Positions 11,801-23,330 of a stretch of 64,000 nt of DNA are shown one piece after another; position 1 is the stretch's first letter, and every line of letters begins with the position of its first letter. Under the pieces are notes generated by a model, which was not told where the DNA came from, searched no databases, and saw only the letters and a program-made list of their open reading frames with translations. A program made the position numbers and the translations under genes. Source of the DNA: Felis catus (taxonomy: Eukaryota). The stretch lies in assembly GCF_018350175.1 (NCBI RefSeq), contig NC_058373.1:137826001-137890000 (forward strand). The letters run 5' to 3'.

Positions 11801-13708
11801 GTGATTTAGAAAAGGCAAGGTACCGGGAAACACGTTGAGGGAGGCGTGATGCCACCGAATATTCGTTGTCACCAAAAAGATGCTGTAAGCCTCTGACATC
11901 CACAGCTAGTCATTACTAGAGAGTCTGAAACTAAAAACCCTGCTCTGCCAGACCCGGGAGCCTACACTTTCCCTTTGAGTCTGCATTCACATATTCAACA
12001 AACGTAAACTGAGCTGAGAACACGCTGAGCCTGGAACAGGAAGACAGACCCTGGGACACAGTGGTGGGCAGGATGGGCCCCAGTGCCCAACCCAATGAGT
12101 TTTCTGGTCTACCAGGGCTAACCAGCAGTCAACGAGCCGTCACTAATAACAAATCCCAGTACAGCAGTGCCCACCCTGGGCAAGCAGAGTCTATCAAGGG
12201 TAACACTTGACTGATTCCCGGCCTCCCCCTCTGCTAGCCCATCATCAGTCCGAGGCATCATGGCACCTGGTCCCCATGCCCCCCCCCCAATCCCCCTACA
12301 GGTAAGCCATCACATGCCATTTCATGGCACTTGCCCACAGCAATTCTGGGAACCGGACAGGCCATCATCGGGCCTGCCAACACCTTTGCTACTGGGGCCC
12401 AAGGCTTCCAAGCTTTGATTTTCAAGGTATCACTGTTTTGTTTTGTTTTAGATCAGAGTCAAGCTCAACAGTCCCTTGTGTGCATGAAAGGGAAGTGAAT
12501 ACCTCGGACAGACTGGCCCCCAGCAAGTGCCGGTGGGGGTGGAGGGTGGAGGGCCACGGTCGGTCTCAGATGGCACAATGTGAAATGAAACCCCAGACAT
12601 GCTGCTGTCTGGCTGCAGGACAGGGTCAAGTTTCTGACCTCCTCTGGGCCTCGGCGTCTGCCTCTGTAGAGGGGATACAACCTCAGGGGTTATGGTGGAA
12701 TTAAAGGCTATGGTGTAGGTGACCTTGCTTTATAATGTGCCACTGCCCTTATCACAACCCATGACGAAGATAACAGGCTGGTTTCCCGTGGCTGCCTCCA
12801 GTCAGTCCTGCCATAATTCAAGGTTACAAGGATTTCATTCTGTCAGCCTCTCAAAAGGGGACCCCTGCACCCGCTCTTCTCAGCTCTGCTCCCGGGAATC
12901 ACTAATCAGGAACCGTCAGTTAGGAATTTGGACTCGATTGTGTCACAGCGTGAAGAACCTGGTAGGTACGTGACCATAGACGGCTGAGTCGCTGAGTCCC
13001 CTCGGGGAAGAAGGCTCAATACCCAAAGCTGGCCGATTCCTGCCCAACATCCTTGAGCCTGGTCGGTCCAGCTTCCTTCCCGGGTGCCAGGTCAACGTGA
13101 GTCCAGCCTGCGGCTTTTAACCCCTGACGGAATGTTACCCAAAGTTGGGAACTGCCAATCAGCCGGTTCCCGAATGCTGTGCTCTCGGGTTCTCAGCAGG
13201 CGTCGATACGTCACGCGAAGTAGAAGACCGTTTCAAATGGCCCGGACCGCGCTCGCTCGTGTGTCTCAACCCGACCGGAACATAAAGATTAGAACGGAGA
13301 CGACAGCTGCCAGAGTGTGTTGAATCCCAGGAACAGGGTTCGTGCCTAGAAGCTGCCGGGACGTCACCCTCTCACTGCCACAGCCATCCACACCGCCCGG
13401 GGCCACAGAGCAGAGGATGGGCTCCGTGACATCGTCCCCTGGTTGTGCACAGCCCTGCGTGTATCTCAGATCACGCGGAGATTGCACTGCCTGTGGACGC
13501 CTGGATAGAGTCTGCAGGCCAGCCCCCTCTCCTGTCCCCTCAAACCCTGTTCTCCTGCCCTCGGCCAGGCAGCCTCCCCAAGTCCCACAGTCAGCTGGTG
13601 GCAGCCCTGTGGCCAGAGCCCCGGTCTCTACACTCCCAGCACGGGCTCGATGCCACCGCCTGGGTGTCGGCCAGGCTTGATAGCCGCCATTTGCAATTCA
13701 TTCGCGCG

Positions 13709-14197
13709 TTTGTTTCCTGTTGTGGCTGTGACAAATTACCACATGCTGAGTGGCTTCAAAGGACACCAATTTATTATCTAACATTTTTGTAGGTCAGAAG
13801 CCCGCGATGGGTTTGACGGACTAAAATCAACGTTCTCAGCGGAACTGCACTCCTTCTGGGGAACTCTTAGGGAGGACTCCATTTCTTCTCTCTTCCAGCT
13901 TCTAGAAGCTGCTGCTTCAGCTCACGGCCCCTTCCTACAACGCTATCACTATGACCTGCTTCCAGTCATCTGCCCCCCTCCCCCTCTCTTTCTCTCCCCC
14001 TCTGGCCCTCCTGCCTCCCTAAGGATGCTTGAGATTCACTGGACCCAGCTGGATAATCCAGGATAATCTCCCCATCTCAACATCGACATTCACTTAATCG
14101 CATCTGCAGAGTCGCTTTACCAAGTGAGGTAACGTAACCCCAGGTTCCGGAGATTAGGATGTGACTCTCTTTGAGGGCACGGGGCTCAGCCTACAGC
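13709..14197 (-). mobile_element. MLT1 (MaLR) solo LTR
   Basis: gctgtgacaaattaccac...ggataatccaggataatctccccatctcaa...ttaatcgcatctgcagagtc...gattaggatgtg. Confidence 0.85.
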
Positions 14198-15669
14198 AAC
14201 ACAGCAAACAGTTCCAAAGACCTAATCCATAGTAGGGGCTCACAGGATGAGCCACTCAGGGACCCACTCAGGGGGCTCTCCCGTGTCCAGAGGAAGAGGC
14301 TGTGATTTCTGCCCAGGCAGGTGCAGGCGAGGTTCCAGGAGGCTGCTCTAGGCCAGGTCGTGGTCATTCTCTGCAGGAGTCATGCAGACAAACGTACAGG
14401 GACAAGGACAGGCAGGCCTGGGGTGGGGGTGGGGGGGCGTGCAGCGGGGTCTGGTTCATTCCAGGAAGGACGGGAGAAGGGTGGGGGGGGGGGCGAGCAC
14501 ACAGCAGGGCTCCTTCCTGAGGGCAAAGAAGACTGAACCAGGGAAGGATCTCGGGCCGCCCGGATGAACTGGGATTAGAGGTGCTGGAGGCAGCTGGGCA
14601 GTGGTCCTAGCAGTTGAGGAGGAGGATGTTGGCAGAGGCAGGTGAGAAGGGAAAGGCGAGAGGACCAGGGCTGACGCGGGAGGGGAGGGCGAGCGGAGGA
14701 TGCAAATGTGAGGGCTCAGTGACTTCACCACCCAACCGGCAGGGTCATCTCCGGGCCCCTCCCCACCCCCCGCCCCAGTTCCCAGGTACAAGGCCTCAGA
14801 ACCCTGCTTTTTAAGTATGTCATACCATCGAGGATTAAAAATAGTTTAAAAGAGGAGAGGGATATAAATATCGCTGAGGTTCCTGCCTACATGGAGAGCC
14901 CCCCAGGAGAGAGAAGCAGGAGTGGGGCATGACGTCGTCAGAGCCCTAAAGGTCCTTCCAATCGGGCCCCCAGGTCTGCACAGCAACATGACTGCAGGGC
15001 TTCTGTAGGTCCCCCAGATCCTCCCGGGCCTGTCCTCGTCCTCGGGGGACTTTGGACTATAATCTCCCGGAGGCAGTGTCTCAGAGGGCTCGGGAAGGGG
15101 CAGAAGAAGAGGAAAAGGTCAGCTGCACGGGCTACTTGCGAGACCGCTTCCCTGTGCTCCCCCCGACCCCCACCCCGGCCACGATCCTACTGAAGAGCCG
15201 ACACCCACCCACCAGCATACACCCCCCTGCTCTCTGGTTGCAGAGAGCAGATTTGCAATTACAGAGTTTCCCCGCCCCCAGCGTCCCCCCTGGATTGGGC
15301 CTCGCCTCACCCCCAGATGCCTGCAGCACCCCCCTTAAGCACCCTCAGTCCTAACTCGCTTATCTCAGCCTCGTGATGTGCACTGGGGACTCCTGCAGTG
15401 GCCCATTCACCCCTCTGTGCCAGCTCCCCGGATTTCGGGAGGACTCGGTAACTGCCCTTTGGCTGAATGGCCAGGCTTCAAGGGCAAGTCCTTTACTAAG
15501 GCAGGGCCAGAACCCGCCCTAGGCACGAACCTACCCTCCGAGAAACGAGCCTGGGCCGTTGTACAGGCAACAGGCATCCCCTGCTGATGTCATCCCAAGC
15601 ATCCCCTACCTGTCCTGTGCCAAGTCTGGGTTTAGAAGAGAGGTCCCTGCCATCCCACTGCAAGCTCTC

Positions 15670-16090
15670 TGGTTTCCCACGGCCCAAAGATTAAATAACC
15701 AAATCGTAAATGTTTTTGGTTCTCTTTTAAAGTTTATTTACTTTGAGAGAGAGAAAGGGAGCACGAGCAGGGGAGGGGCCGAGAGAGAGGGAGACAGAGA
15801 GTCCCAAGCAGGCTCGCCCGGCGCGGGGCTCAAACCCACAAACCGTGAGATCACGACCTGACCCGCGACCGAGAGACGGACGTTCAACCAACCGAGCCAC
15901 CCAGGCGCCCCAGCCTTTTCGGTCTTGTGGGTGCTTCCCCGTCACGACGATGTAGTGAGCGTCGTAGTGCGAAAGCAGCCCTGGACAGTATGCAAACAAA
16001 CGAGCACAGCTGTGTTCCAATAAAACTTTATTCACCAAAGCAGCCCGCGGGCCAGATTCGGCCGGCAAACCATAGAGTGCCACGCCCCCT
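15670..16090 (-). mobile_element. MER58A-like hAT MITE interrupted by a SINE
   Basis: gcgaaagcagcc...ctgtgttccaataaaactttattcac...gggccagattcggcc. The left piece atcgtaaatgttttt lies on the other side of the SINE. Confidence 0.75.
15724..15911 (-). mobile_element. Older Can-SINE
   Basis: Antisense SINE ending accgagccacccaggcgcccc. Confidence 0.92.
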
Positions 16091-19000
16091 GCTCTGATAC
16101 AATTCATGAGAGAAAAGGAGGCAGTCCGGTGAGGGGGGAGAAAAACCCACCAAAGATTCTTTAAAGCCACATTTGTGATTTGCGATGCCGCCTCTAATTC
16201 CTTCTGTGACACAGTCTACCACTGTAAAAAAAAAAAAAAAAAAAAAATGATGTGCAGGGAGGGGGTGGGAGAAATAAGAAAAGGTTTCTATGGGAACAGG
16301 GAGTTCACTTTGAACCGTTCCATCACTAAAAAGACAATTACTTTCTTTTTCTCACTTCCCCTCTGAAGAGGGCAGGCGTGACCTCAGGCTGCTTGGGCAG
16401 GACAGTGCCCGGTGCCTCAGCTGTTCCAGTCAAAAGTTAAATGCCAGAGTGTTCCATGGGTCAGGGAGGGCCGTTAATGTAATCTGGGCCTCTTGGGCAA
16501 GGGGCGGCGTCCCCACGGCGCTGAATCGAGGCAGGAGCTCGGCCTCTCTCACGAGGCTGCCCACCCCAGGCAGCTCTGGGGGGCCCCAATGGCGTCAAGG
16601 CCACGGCCACTAATAAGCGTCCCTGCGGCAAAACCTCTTCCCAGGCCCGCTGCCAACTGACTGAGGCCCCCTCTTGCTACCGACAAACCTTTTACGGGAT
16701 GGCTCCTGAACGCTCTTGTTCCTCAATACAAACGTGGGGGACGGCGGGGGTCCCTACTTTGCCCTGACCGTGGGTGGGTCACGATACCCTCCTGGGCACT
16801 CTGCCCCGCTCGTTCAGAGGTGTTCCAGCCCTTCCCCGGGCTTGTCACAGGAGCCGTAATTGAGCAGCCAAGACTAAACCAAGAAGGCACGTCATTTACG
16901 GAGGGGTGCTTCTATAACAAACTTATCAACTGCAACCTTTCCTCCGGCGGACCCTTAGTGGCGGGGAACGGGGGAGGGGAGTCCCTAGCCCCTGACAGTG
17001 AAAAGAACCCAGCGGCGCGACCGGCCGCGTTCAGCTCCGCCCACCGTCACATGCAGGCTGCCCGCCTGTGCCAGGGACTGGAACTTGGGTGCCTTTACGC
17101 GGCCATATGCTCCATTCAGGCCGCGTCACTCCTCAAACCACCTTCCAAGGGGCCCGTCCAAGCCCAGCCCTCTCGTCTTGCAATGAGGAAACTGAGGCAC
17201 AGCCATGGGAAGACATGTGCCAGGACCCAGAGCCAGGCCTTCAGCCTCCAGCTCCTGGCTAGGGCTTCCCAGAGCTGCACAGCACGCTCCGCCTGGAAAG
17301 GCCCCCCCAGAGAAGAGTCCACACCCCGAGTTAGGGGTGGAGCCAGGTCTGGAACGTGGGCTTTGGGAGGCAAAATCCACAGTTAACTCAAAGCCTGTGG
17401 CCCGACTCCAGCAGGGAGCACCCCCCCCCCACCCCGCCACCGCCAAAATGTTCTACATGAGGATTTATTCTTTAGAAGAAAGCACACAGATCAGGACTGG
17501 GGTCCTTATAGGCAGCGGGTTGTGCATTTGATTTTGTACTCATACAGAAACCTCTGGCGTATTTGCTGCGTCCTCCAAGAGCTGGGGGGAGGCGGGGGCA
17601 GGAACGATTCCTCCTCGGTGCCTTCTCTTCCCTGGGTGCTGGGTAACTCTGACCCCAGTGACATCCCTGATCCCCCTGCGGTAGGCACAGGAGGTCTACA
17701 GATATGGAGAGAAGAGCCAGGAGGGCAGGATGCCGGGGGGCTCGGAGCCAGTGGGTGGCGGAGGGAGAGGAGACTGGTTGGCATCCCACCCCAGACCACA
17801 GAGGGTCCCGCGTGCCAGGCTAAGGGGCTTGGACTTGACCGCGTGAGCCAGTGTGGCCCAGCATTTTTCACATCACCGCGTCCACGGAAACTGATGCTAT
17901 TATCCTGGGATGGACTGGGGTGCTGCCCTCGGCCCACAGTTTGGCCCTGGAGACCCGCCGAAGGGATTAGCGGGGACGTGCGCCAGGTGGCTGAGTGCTG
18001 GGTAGGCTGGAGGAGGTGACACAGGGCCCAGAGCCATAAAGAGGTCACCATAAAGAGGCAAGCATGGGGAGGGCCTGCTCCTGGGCCAGAGCCATCGCAA
18101 TCACAGGCCGGGGGGGGTGGGGACGACCCGAGAGGGGCCGATCTTTCTCACCACACAGGCACCGGCCTGCCCAGAGCCCGCCTTCAGGCTGTCCTGACTT
18201 TCCTTCCTGCTCCGTGCCCCGGAGACTCTGTGCAGTCGGGCTTCCTCCTGCTCGGCACTCAAGGCCTGACCGCCAACGCCCCTCCTCGGACGGGCCTTCC
18301 CAGCTCCCCGCCCTGAGGCTACCAGCTCCTCCCTTGGTGCCCAGTGCAAATGACTCACGGAGCTGGTGCCACGGGACGCGCGGGCTCCGTCTGACCTGGG
18401 TTCACATCCCAGCCCCACTTACAAGCCTGCGACCTCGGGCACGTCATTTGACCTCTCCACTTCCGAAAACCAGCACCCACCTCGAAGGCCGGCGGAAGAC
18501 ATTACAGGTGGCAGTTAGGACCGTGCCTGGCACCCAGGCGGCTCTATCAGGGGACCGAGCCGTCAGACTGCTACCACTTCTGTCTGGCGGTCAGTTCCAA
18601 GTGCCCCAAATCGCAGGTCCTGTGTGCCAAGCCCGGGCGGGATGGCTTCCCGACCGATTGGGACTGAGGGAGACACGGAGGCAGGGGTGGGGACACTGCT
18701 CTGGGGGTACTAGCCAGCAGGGCCCAGCTGGAAGGGGGGTGGGGGGGAGGGGAGGCGTCGCCCCTACGTTCCCCCAGAGCAGCAGTGGGGAGAGACTTCT
18801 GTCCGCCCAGGCCCACCTGACTCCATGCACCCCCCAGCTGCGGGTAACAGGTCTTAACCAAGCTGTTCTGCATTGCCGGGGTCAAGGTTCACAGCATCAG
18901 ACCCAACAGGCGCCAGAGCAACGGGAGACGGCCGGAAGCAGGACAGGTGGGACCCCGTCTGGCTTCGGGCTCCTCAAAGGCAGGGACGAGAACCAACTGA

Positions 19001-20499
19001 ATTTCTCGCTGCCTGCACACTGCTCAGTGCTGGGCACACGTTTGTTGAACAGAACAGAAACGTGCTGGGAATTCTGAGGGTGGCAGAGGCTTCCTACCGG
19101 AACAGGAGCATCCTCCGAATCTTGGCCCAACACCCCCCCCCATCTCTGAGCAATGGTCAGACCTGGTGGGACATCAGCTGGACCCTGAGGTCGGGTCAAA
19201 GGGGGAAAGGGGGCAGCCAGAGTCGCCTTGTCATTACGAGAGCACCAGAACCCTCACCACCCACGGCCAGGCCACGAGCTAAGGCACAGGATGGTTAACC
19301 GGCCACCTCTAACCTCAGTTCTACCCCTCAAGGCCCCAAGGAAGTGGGGCCACCAGGCGGAAGCTGCCAGCATCCTACAAGTCTATTTTCTCCTCCCTGG
19401 AAAGGTCAACGGCTTGGGCCACCTCCGTTTCCTTGAAAGGGACCCTGTGAGGGGGTCACGGGCAGCCTTTGCCCAGAGGGACACCCCCCTGTGCTCTCCA
19501 CCACCGAGTCCTTGATCTGCAAACACTTATTATGAGCCATCGCCGTCAAAGGGAGCGTAGCAACGAGGGCTTCATCTGCCCCTGTGTCGGGGACAGCAAG
19601 TTGAGTGACAGGCCTCTTGGGAGAGACCGTGCTCTCTATCCAGCTCACCCCGACCTCCAAAGACAGGTCAGGAAGTGTTCGTTCCAGGGTTCTGTGGGAG
19701 ATGATCTGGTGACATCACAATCCTCTCTGCTTGGACACCTGATCTCCAGTTCAGGGACATAGACGAAGGGTTCGAGGAGCAAACGCGCAGAGGTCGAGAC
19801 GCCTCTGAGTCAATTTCACTATGTAGATCCATAGAGAGATGTACATGCAGGGCTGTGCTAGGGAACCGATCTTCCCTGAAATGCAGCGTCCTCAAGACTG
19901 ACATTTTGGAGGAATGCCCCTGGCCCCAGGACCACAGGCGTCAAAGCTTTGTACGAAGAACAGGACTGCCTGACCATACAACAGCTGCCATGGGCAGAAG
20001 GAGGCTGGACATCCTCCTTGGTCCCTCCGATTACAGACTCGTGAAATGCCCACGGCCATCGCCACAACAGCTCTTGACTACCTGTGCTGTAAGCGAACGC
20101 ACAGCTTTAAGCAAACCACCCTTCTGCCTGGGCTCCTCCTGCCCTCCCTTGACTGCCACCCACACGGCGTTCAGATGAATGAGCCCCCCCACCCCCACCC
20201 CGCCCGTGGCCCGCATAGCTGGTGAGCCAGACATATCCGGGCCCGGCGACACCCACCAGCTGCTTTGGGCAGAGGCTCGAAGCACAGCGAGCGGGGCCTT
20301 CTGGACGTGGCCCTTTGGTCGAGACTTCTTAAGTACCACGGAGACAAGGAGAGGAACTATCTGCTAAGCATCCAGTCAAAAGACAGGGGAGCCGAGGGAA
20401 CATTGGAGAGAGAGGATGCACCCCGGGCCCCACCTCCTGTCCCACGGCAGCAAAGCCAAGGGCCAGCAGGCCAGCACCTCCACAGCGCAAGCATCCCCC

Positions 20500-21180
20500 C
20501 AGGGGATGGACAGTTTCACAAGAGCCCCAAACTGCAAACAACCCAAATGTCCCTCGGCGGTGAGCAGACCAACAAAGCGGGGTGCTTCCAGGCGACAGAA
20601 GAGTCCAATGACAAGGAACTACATGTTGCCTGGGTCCAGGGCTGGGAGCTAACAGATGCGCACGCGGACAACCGGGGAGCTGTTTCAAGCCGTGAAAATG
20701 TTCCAAGACTGGATTGTTGGGATGTCTGCCCAACTCTGGAGACTTACTAAAAACTACTGGATGGTAAACTTAAAACAGGTGAATTTTATGGTATGTGAAT
20801 CGTACCTTAATAGTCTACAAAAACTGAAGAAATACAGGCCAGGACGTGGATGAATTGCACCAACATCCCGTGGAGTAAAAAGGGCCAGTTCAAGAGTATG
20901 GATTGTACTCTTCTGTTTTACGTGACGTTCTAGAGGCAAAACTATACTAATAAAGATCAGAATAGTAGTGGCCCTGTGTGCGTGTGTCACCTACTGGGAA
21001 GAGCGATGAGGCACCCATCCAGGGTACTGGAAATCATTAACATCTTGATCCGGATGGTGGTTACCACAGGTTATCCGGAGGCAAAAATTTGCTGGGCTCG
21101 CACTAAAGGTTAATGCACATTTTATACACACACAGAGCCACGTAGAAGATGTATACATAATACATATACGCACATTTAAA
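20500..21180 (+). mobile_element. Two old L1M 3' end fragments
   Basis: aaacaacccaaatgtcc..., aaaacaggtgaattttatggtatgtgaat, and a second fragment tcttgatccggatggtggttac. Confidence 0.65.
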
Positions 21181-22625
21181 AGTTTACCTTTTAAAATAGC
21201 AAAGCCATTTGGATGCTCAAATTATAACTGGCATTGCCTAAAAGTGAGGACAGTTCAATGGGAGCTGAGAGAAGAGGCCATTCGGTGAACTCCTACCTAA
21301 CCTTCAGAACCCATCTCAAATTGTCCCCATTCAGTGAAGCCTTCTCTCATCATTCTAGGTATAACTGCTCAAACTGCTGAGCATCCCTTCACAAAAGTCG
21401 ATCCCCGATCCCCTGTATGCCGGGAGCTGATCTTAGAGCAACGCAGGAAGTTGTGGCATTAAGAATTGGTTAGCATGTGTTTATGAAACACGCACGGACT
21501 GCTTAACGCACGCAGGCACACGCACAAACACACCACGACGGCCCAAACCACATGCCATCTTAGCAAAAGACACTAATTCCCACGCCCAAATAGGATGTCA
21601 GTTCTGGGGCAACAGGATCCAGATGTGAGGCTTATTATCTAAAGGGATCCAGCCTGATCCTCCTTCTTTCACACAAATCACAGCCAGAAGAGATCAGGGG
21701 AACCCAGAGCAAACTCAGGGTCCAGTGTCTACTGTACTAGCCCCCCCCCCCACCACCCTATTTCGGGTCACCTTTGCTTGCACTGTCCTTGCACAGCCTA
21801 GGGGTGGAGCCGGTCTAAATGGACTCCCAGGGAACATTCCATCAGGTGTAATGTTTAAACTCGACTGACTACCCCGCCACCCCCCGACTGCACCCTGCCT
21901 GCTGGGGCTCCCTAACCTCCAGCAGTAAAGGCAGGCACCTGCTGGGGGGGGCGGGGAAGGACGACACCCACAGTCCTATCATCTCTCTGTCCAGGTTTCC
22001 CAGCTTCTCTCTGCAGCGCCCCCGACCTTGGAATCTCTAGAAGCCCAGGTCAGCCCAGGAAACTGCTAAAGAAAGTTCCCCGGCCCAGCCAGGTCTATGT
22101 GTCTGAAGAGAGGCCGGAAGTGGAACTCTAGTTCAGCAAAGCCCACGTATGAAAAGAGAGAGAGGCTGGAACCACACCTCCAGGAAAAGCCGCTTTCTTT
22201 GGGCGGGTGGGTGGGTGAATGGGTTACCGGGCGACTGTGGGTGACTTTTTCCCTTTAACTATTGTCGTGCTTTCGAAGTTTCCACAATGAATAAACTCTT
22301 AATACACTTCACGTGTGGTGGGAGCCACCCCTAGCCCTTGGGACTCCGTGACCTCCCAAGTTTCTCTTTCACCTTGTGACAAGGTAGCCGCGGGTCCCAG
22401 CGTCCCGGGCCGGCGGGCGGGGCCTGTCGCCCACTCCCCAGTGGAGCCTCGGCCAAGGGAGGGGCCGCTCCCTGCCGCAAAGTGGCCCGAATGGGCTGGG
22501 AGCCTGCTGAGCCCCCGTCCCCCCACCCATCCGTGCCCCTGGCCCCGGGTCCCGGCCCACCCCCTCAAGCGCCGCCCCCCAGCCCGTTCCCTGAGCCTCA
22601 GAGGTACTTGGGAGGTGTGCAAGCT

Positions 22626-22643
22626 CACACACACGCACGCGCG

Positions 22644-22683
<40 letters not shown>
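22626..22683. repeat. Compound (CA)n-(CG)7-(CA)16 microsatellite
   Basis: 58 bp of uninterrupted purine/pyrimidine alternation, with (CG)7 at 22638-22651. Confidence 0.97.
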
Positions 22684-22685
<2 letters not shown>

Positions 22686-22811
22686 CGCACTTTCTCCTCC
22701 CTCCCTGACCTGGGCCACCGCCCCCAAGAGCCCACACGTTCAAACTTGGCCAAACTCGCAGCAGGGGCTTCAGGGGAGCCGTGACGTCCCCCCAAAGAAA
22801 GCGGGACCCCC

Positions 22812-22812
<1 letters not shown>

Positions 22813-22854
<42 letters not shown>

Positions 22855-22860
22855 GTGTGC
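22813..22860. repeat. (AC)19 microsatellite with alternating extension
   Basis: (AC)19 at 22813-22850 followed by GCACGTGTGC. Confidence 0.97.
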
Positions 22861-23036
22861 CGCCCCACCCCCTGGGCGACAGCAAATCTCGGGGGCGGCT
22901 GTCTCGGCCCCCTCCCCCAGCAAGTGACACGAGCGGGGTCGGCCGGGCCAGGGGCCACCCGACCGGGCGTCGCTCCCCGGGGGGTGGGGGGCGGGAGTCG
23001 GGGCGGGGGTGGGGGTGGGGGCCGGGGGCGCCTTAC

Positions 23037-23118
23037 CTTGCAGGTTCTGGACGCGGATGTCGCTGATCTGCCCGATGAGCTCCTCGCGCTGGAACCAGTC
23101 CCATTCGTGCGCAGCCAT
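23037..23118 (-). CDS. CLMN: Calmin (calponin-like transmembrane domain protein), first coding exon, 82 nt
   Basis: The minus strand reads ATG GCT GCG CAC GAA TGG ... CTG CAA G|GTAAGG = MAAHEWDWFQREELIGQISDIRVQNLQ, which matches the calmin N-terminus as I recall it. A canonical phase-1 donor follows (GT at 23036-23035). The exon lies inside a CpG island. Confidence 0.95.
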
Positions 23119-23330
23119 GAAGCGCGGGCGGCGGGCCGGGGCGCCGGGGCCGGGCGCGGGCGGCGGGCGGAGAGCCTGGCGGGCGAGGGCGCCGCGGAGC
23201 CGGAGCAGCGGCGGCGGGCGGCGGGCGGGGCGGGCGCGCGGTCGGGCCGCCCCCGCCGCGGGCGGGCAGCGGGCGGGCGCGGGGCGGCGGGTGCGGGGCG
23301 CCCGGCTGGCGCTCACTCCCCCGTCCGGGG
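23119..23330 (-). other. CLMN: Probable GC-rich CLMN 5' UTR (TSS position approximate)
   Basis: ATG-free, extremely GC-rich stretch between the start codon and the GC-box cluster. The TSS is inferred, not observed. Confidence 0.6.

Larger units (their letters stand above)
1..23036 (-). other. CLMN: CLMN intron 1 (continues beyond the left edge of the window)
   Basis: Starts at donor GTAAGG (23036-23031). The expected next exon (VERENVQKRTFTRW...) is absent from the ORF track and was not seen by eye. Confidence 0.85.

Noticed and set aside
15053-15075. ZNF143/ACTAYRnnnCCCR-like motif GGACTATAATCTCCCGG
   Set aside because: The spacer is one base too long and the SBS half matches poorly.
17408-17421. 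CTCF-like CCAGCAGGGAGCAC (weaker ones at 13591 and 21943)
   Set aside because: Core mismatches; expected by chance in GC-rich sequence without ChIP support.
18064-19077. 337-aa plus-strand ORF
   Set aside because: No recognisable domain, composition typical of GC-rich non-coding DNA, antisense within the intron and overlapping MIR-like sequence.
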